Made by a program: the position numbers and the translations under genes. Positions 62,190-64,000 of a DNA stretch of 64,000 nt are shown here, piece after piece (positions within the stretch are counted from its first letter, which is position 1; each line of letters opens with the position of its first letter). The stretch covers positions 44,764,001 to 44,828,000 of the forward strand of contig CM060731.1 in the NCBI GenBank assembly GCA_030704615.1, read 5' to 3'. The DNA comes from Takakia lepidozioides (Eukaryota; Plantae; Bryophyta). The notes under the pieces are model-generated. The model saw nothing but the letters and a program-made list of their open reading frames with translations, made no database searches and was not told where the DNA came from.

Positions 62190-64000
62190 TCTCTCTCTCT
62201 CTCTCTCTTTCTAGAGGATATCTGGAAAACCCGGATTAATTCTATATATGATGGTAAGTCACACTACCAACGTCAGCCCCTGACAGAGGTAGGTTCTGTC
62301 CCTTTTGTTCCCGCTCAAACTGGGCGCGGGGTCAATGGCCACAAGGCTACGGCAAACAGGAAACCATGCTTTGTCGCATTATTAGACCTGCCTTGGAGTA
62401 CAGATCTGCTATATGGGTTGATAACTCCAACCAGGCTAAGTCTCTAGAATCCATTCAAGTGGGGGTGCTTAAGGAGTGTATGTCAGCATGCTCCAAAACA
62501 GCCAATGTAGCTGTTCGGTGTGAGTTTGGCATTCCGTCCTTAAGCTCCCGACGAGATGAATTCAAGGTCAGATGGTGGGGTCAGCTGCAACATATGCCCA
62601 ACACCAGATATCCTAAGTTAATCGACTCTATATCTTGGAAACAGGACCGCCCTGTCAAACAGGCTAAGTCCTGGCAGAAGAGAGTAGAAGAGATTCTCAA
62701 GGACCTGGACCTGGATCCGCAAGCCTTGACCCTGCTGGATAAATCTGACTTAGAGGCTGTAGTGTCCTCAGCCATGTCTGTTGCCGTGAGATTGTCTGAT
62801 GAAAATGAAGTTAGGCAGAAAACTTCCCTGAACTTGTTTCCAGTCTGTGACATGGGGGAGGACATCTTGGATGACCTCAAGGGTCTACCCACTCTCGGCA
62901 CTAGACTGAAATTTAAACTCAGGGCAGGAAGCCTACCTTTGAACAGCAAACAGAAGCAGAGAGGAAAGGGAGAGTGCAATTGCCCGCTGTGTGGGCAATC
63001 TGAAGACAGTATTCATTTTCTGATACACTGTCCGGGGTTCTCTCACCAAAGAGACGCTCTCTTCAACTCTATCAAGGGAATTGTGCCTGTTCCCCTGTTT
63101 AACAATTTTGAAAGTCTCGAGGCTGAGCCAAAAGCCCAGGCCCTTCTGAGGCCTAGTTTTTGGCAAATCACACACAGCAGATTGATGCTTGTGTGAAGGG
63201 ATTTCTAGAGGATATCTGGAAAACCTGGATTAATTCTATATATGATGGTAAGTCACACTACCAACGTCAGCCCCTGACAGAGGTAGGTTCTGTCCCTTTT
63301 GTTCCCGCTCAAACTGGGCGCGGGGTTAATGGCCACAAGGCTACGGCAAACAACGTCTTATGAGTACAATCTCACTCCCTTCTCAAGGACCTGGACCTGG
63401 AACCGCAAGTCTTGACCCTGCTGGATAAATCTGACTTAGAGGCTGTAGTGTCCAAAGCCATGTCTGTTGCCATGAGATTGTCTGATGAAAATGAAGTTAG
63501 GCAGAAAACTTCCCTGAACTTGTTTCCAGTCAGTGACATGGGGGAGGACATCTTGGATGACCTCAAGGGTCTACCCACTCTCGGCACTAGACTGAAATTT
63601 AAACTCAGGGCAGGAAGCCTACCTTTGAACAGCAAACAGAAGCAGAGAGGAAAGGGAGAGTGCAATTGCCCGTTGTGTGGGCAATCTGAAGACAGTATTC
63701 ATTTTCTGATACACTGTTCGGGGTTCTCTCACCAAAGAGACGCTCTCTTCAAATCTATCAAGGGAATTGTGCCTGTACCTCTGTTTACCAACTTTGAAAG
63801 TCTCGAGGCTGAGCCAAAAGCCCAGGCCCTTCTGAGGCCTAGTTTTTGGGCAAATCACACAGCAGATTGATGCTTGTGTGAAGGGATTTCTAGAGGATAT
63901 CTGGAAAACCCGGATTAATTCTATATATGAAGGTAAGTCTTACTACCAACGTCAGCCCCTGACAGAGGTAGGTTCTGTTCCTTTTGTTTCCGCTCAAACT
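62190..64000 (+). mobile_element. Three tandem 5'-truncated copies of the APE-type LINE 3' end (intronic)
   Basis: ~62207-62358, 62359-63378 and 63383-64000; IIRPALEY..AVRCEFG..RYPKL; CPLCGQSEDSIHFLIHC; preceded by (TC)n. Confidence 0.9.

Overview
Eukaryotic nuclear DNA, most plausibly from a non-seed land plant. This is inferred from PLS-type PPR fragments, plant PEX13, a fern-type CVNH lectin and a Galadriel-like chromovirus; the species cannot be fixed from the sequence. Frequent 1-bp indels look like residual long-read errors, so many frameshifts may be artefacts. The left ~43 kb is a nested transposon island. It holds two young Ty3/gypsy chromovirus copies with intact TSDs (716-7670 and 14198-20702). 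The second copy sits inside an older non-chromovirus Ty3/gypsy element (~8176-23050) whose polyprotein carries a complete DNMT3-like C5 cytosine methyltransferase between protease and RT, plus a PHD finger after integrase; this is the headline finding. The island also contains an interrupted unknown gene, tandem FCP1/NIF-like phosphatase domains, and a CACTA element with head-to-head TnpD and TnpA genes whose TnpA contains an FCP1/NIF-like domain. APE-type LINE pieces are tied to (TC)n tracts. The right ~21 kb holds host genes: a secreted cyanovirin-N homolog missed by the ORF track, an RluA-type pseudouridine synthase, PEX13 and a coiled-coil protein. It also holds an RNase H + RLE (Dualen/RandI-like) retrotransposon fragment and tandem LINE 3' ends. 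All domain calls are by eye from motifs; no searches were run.
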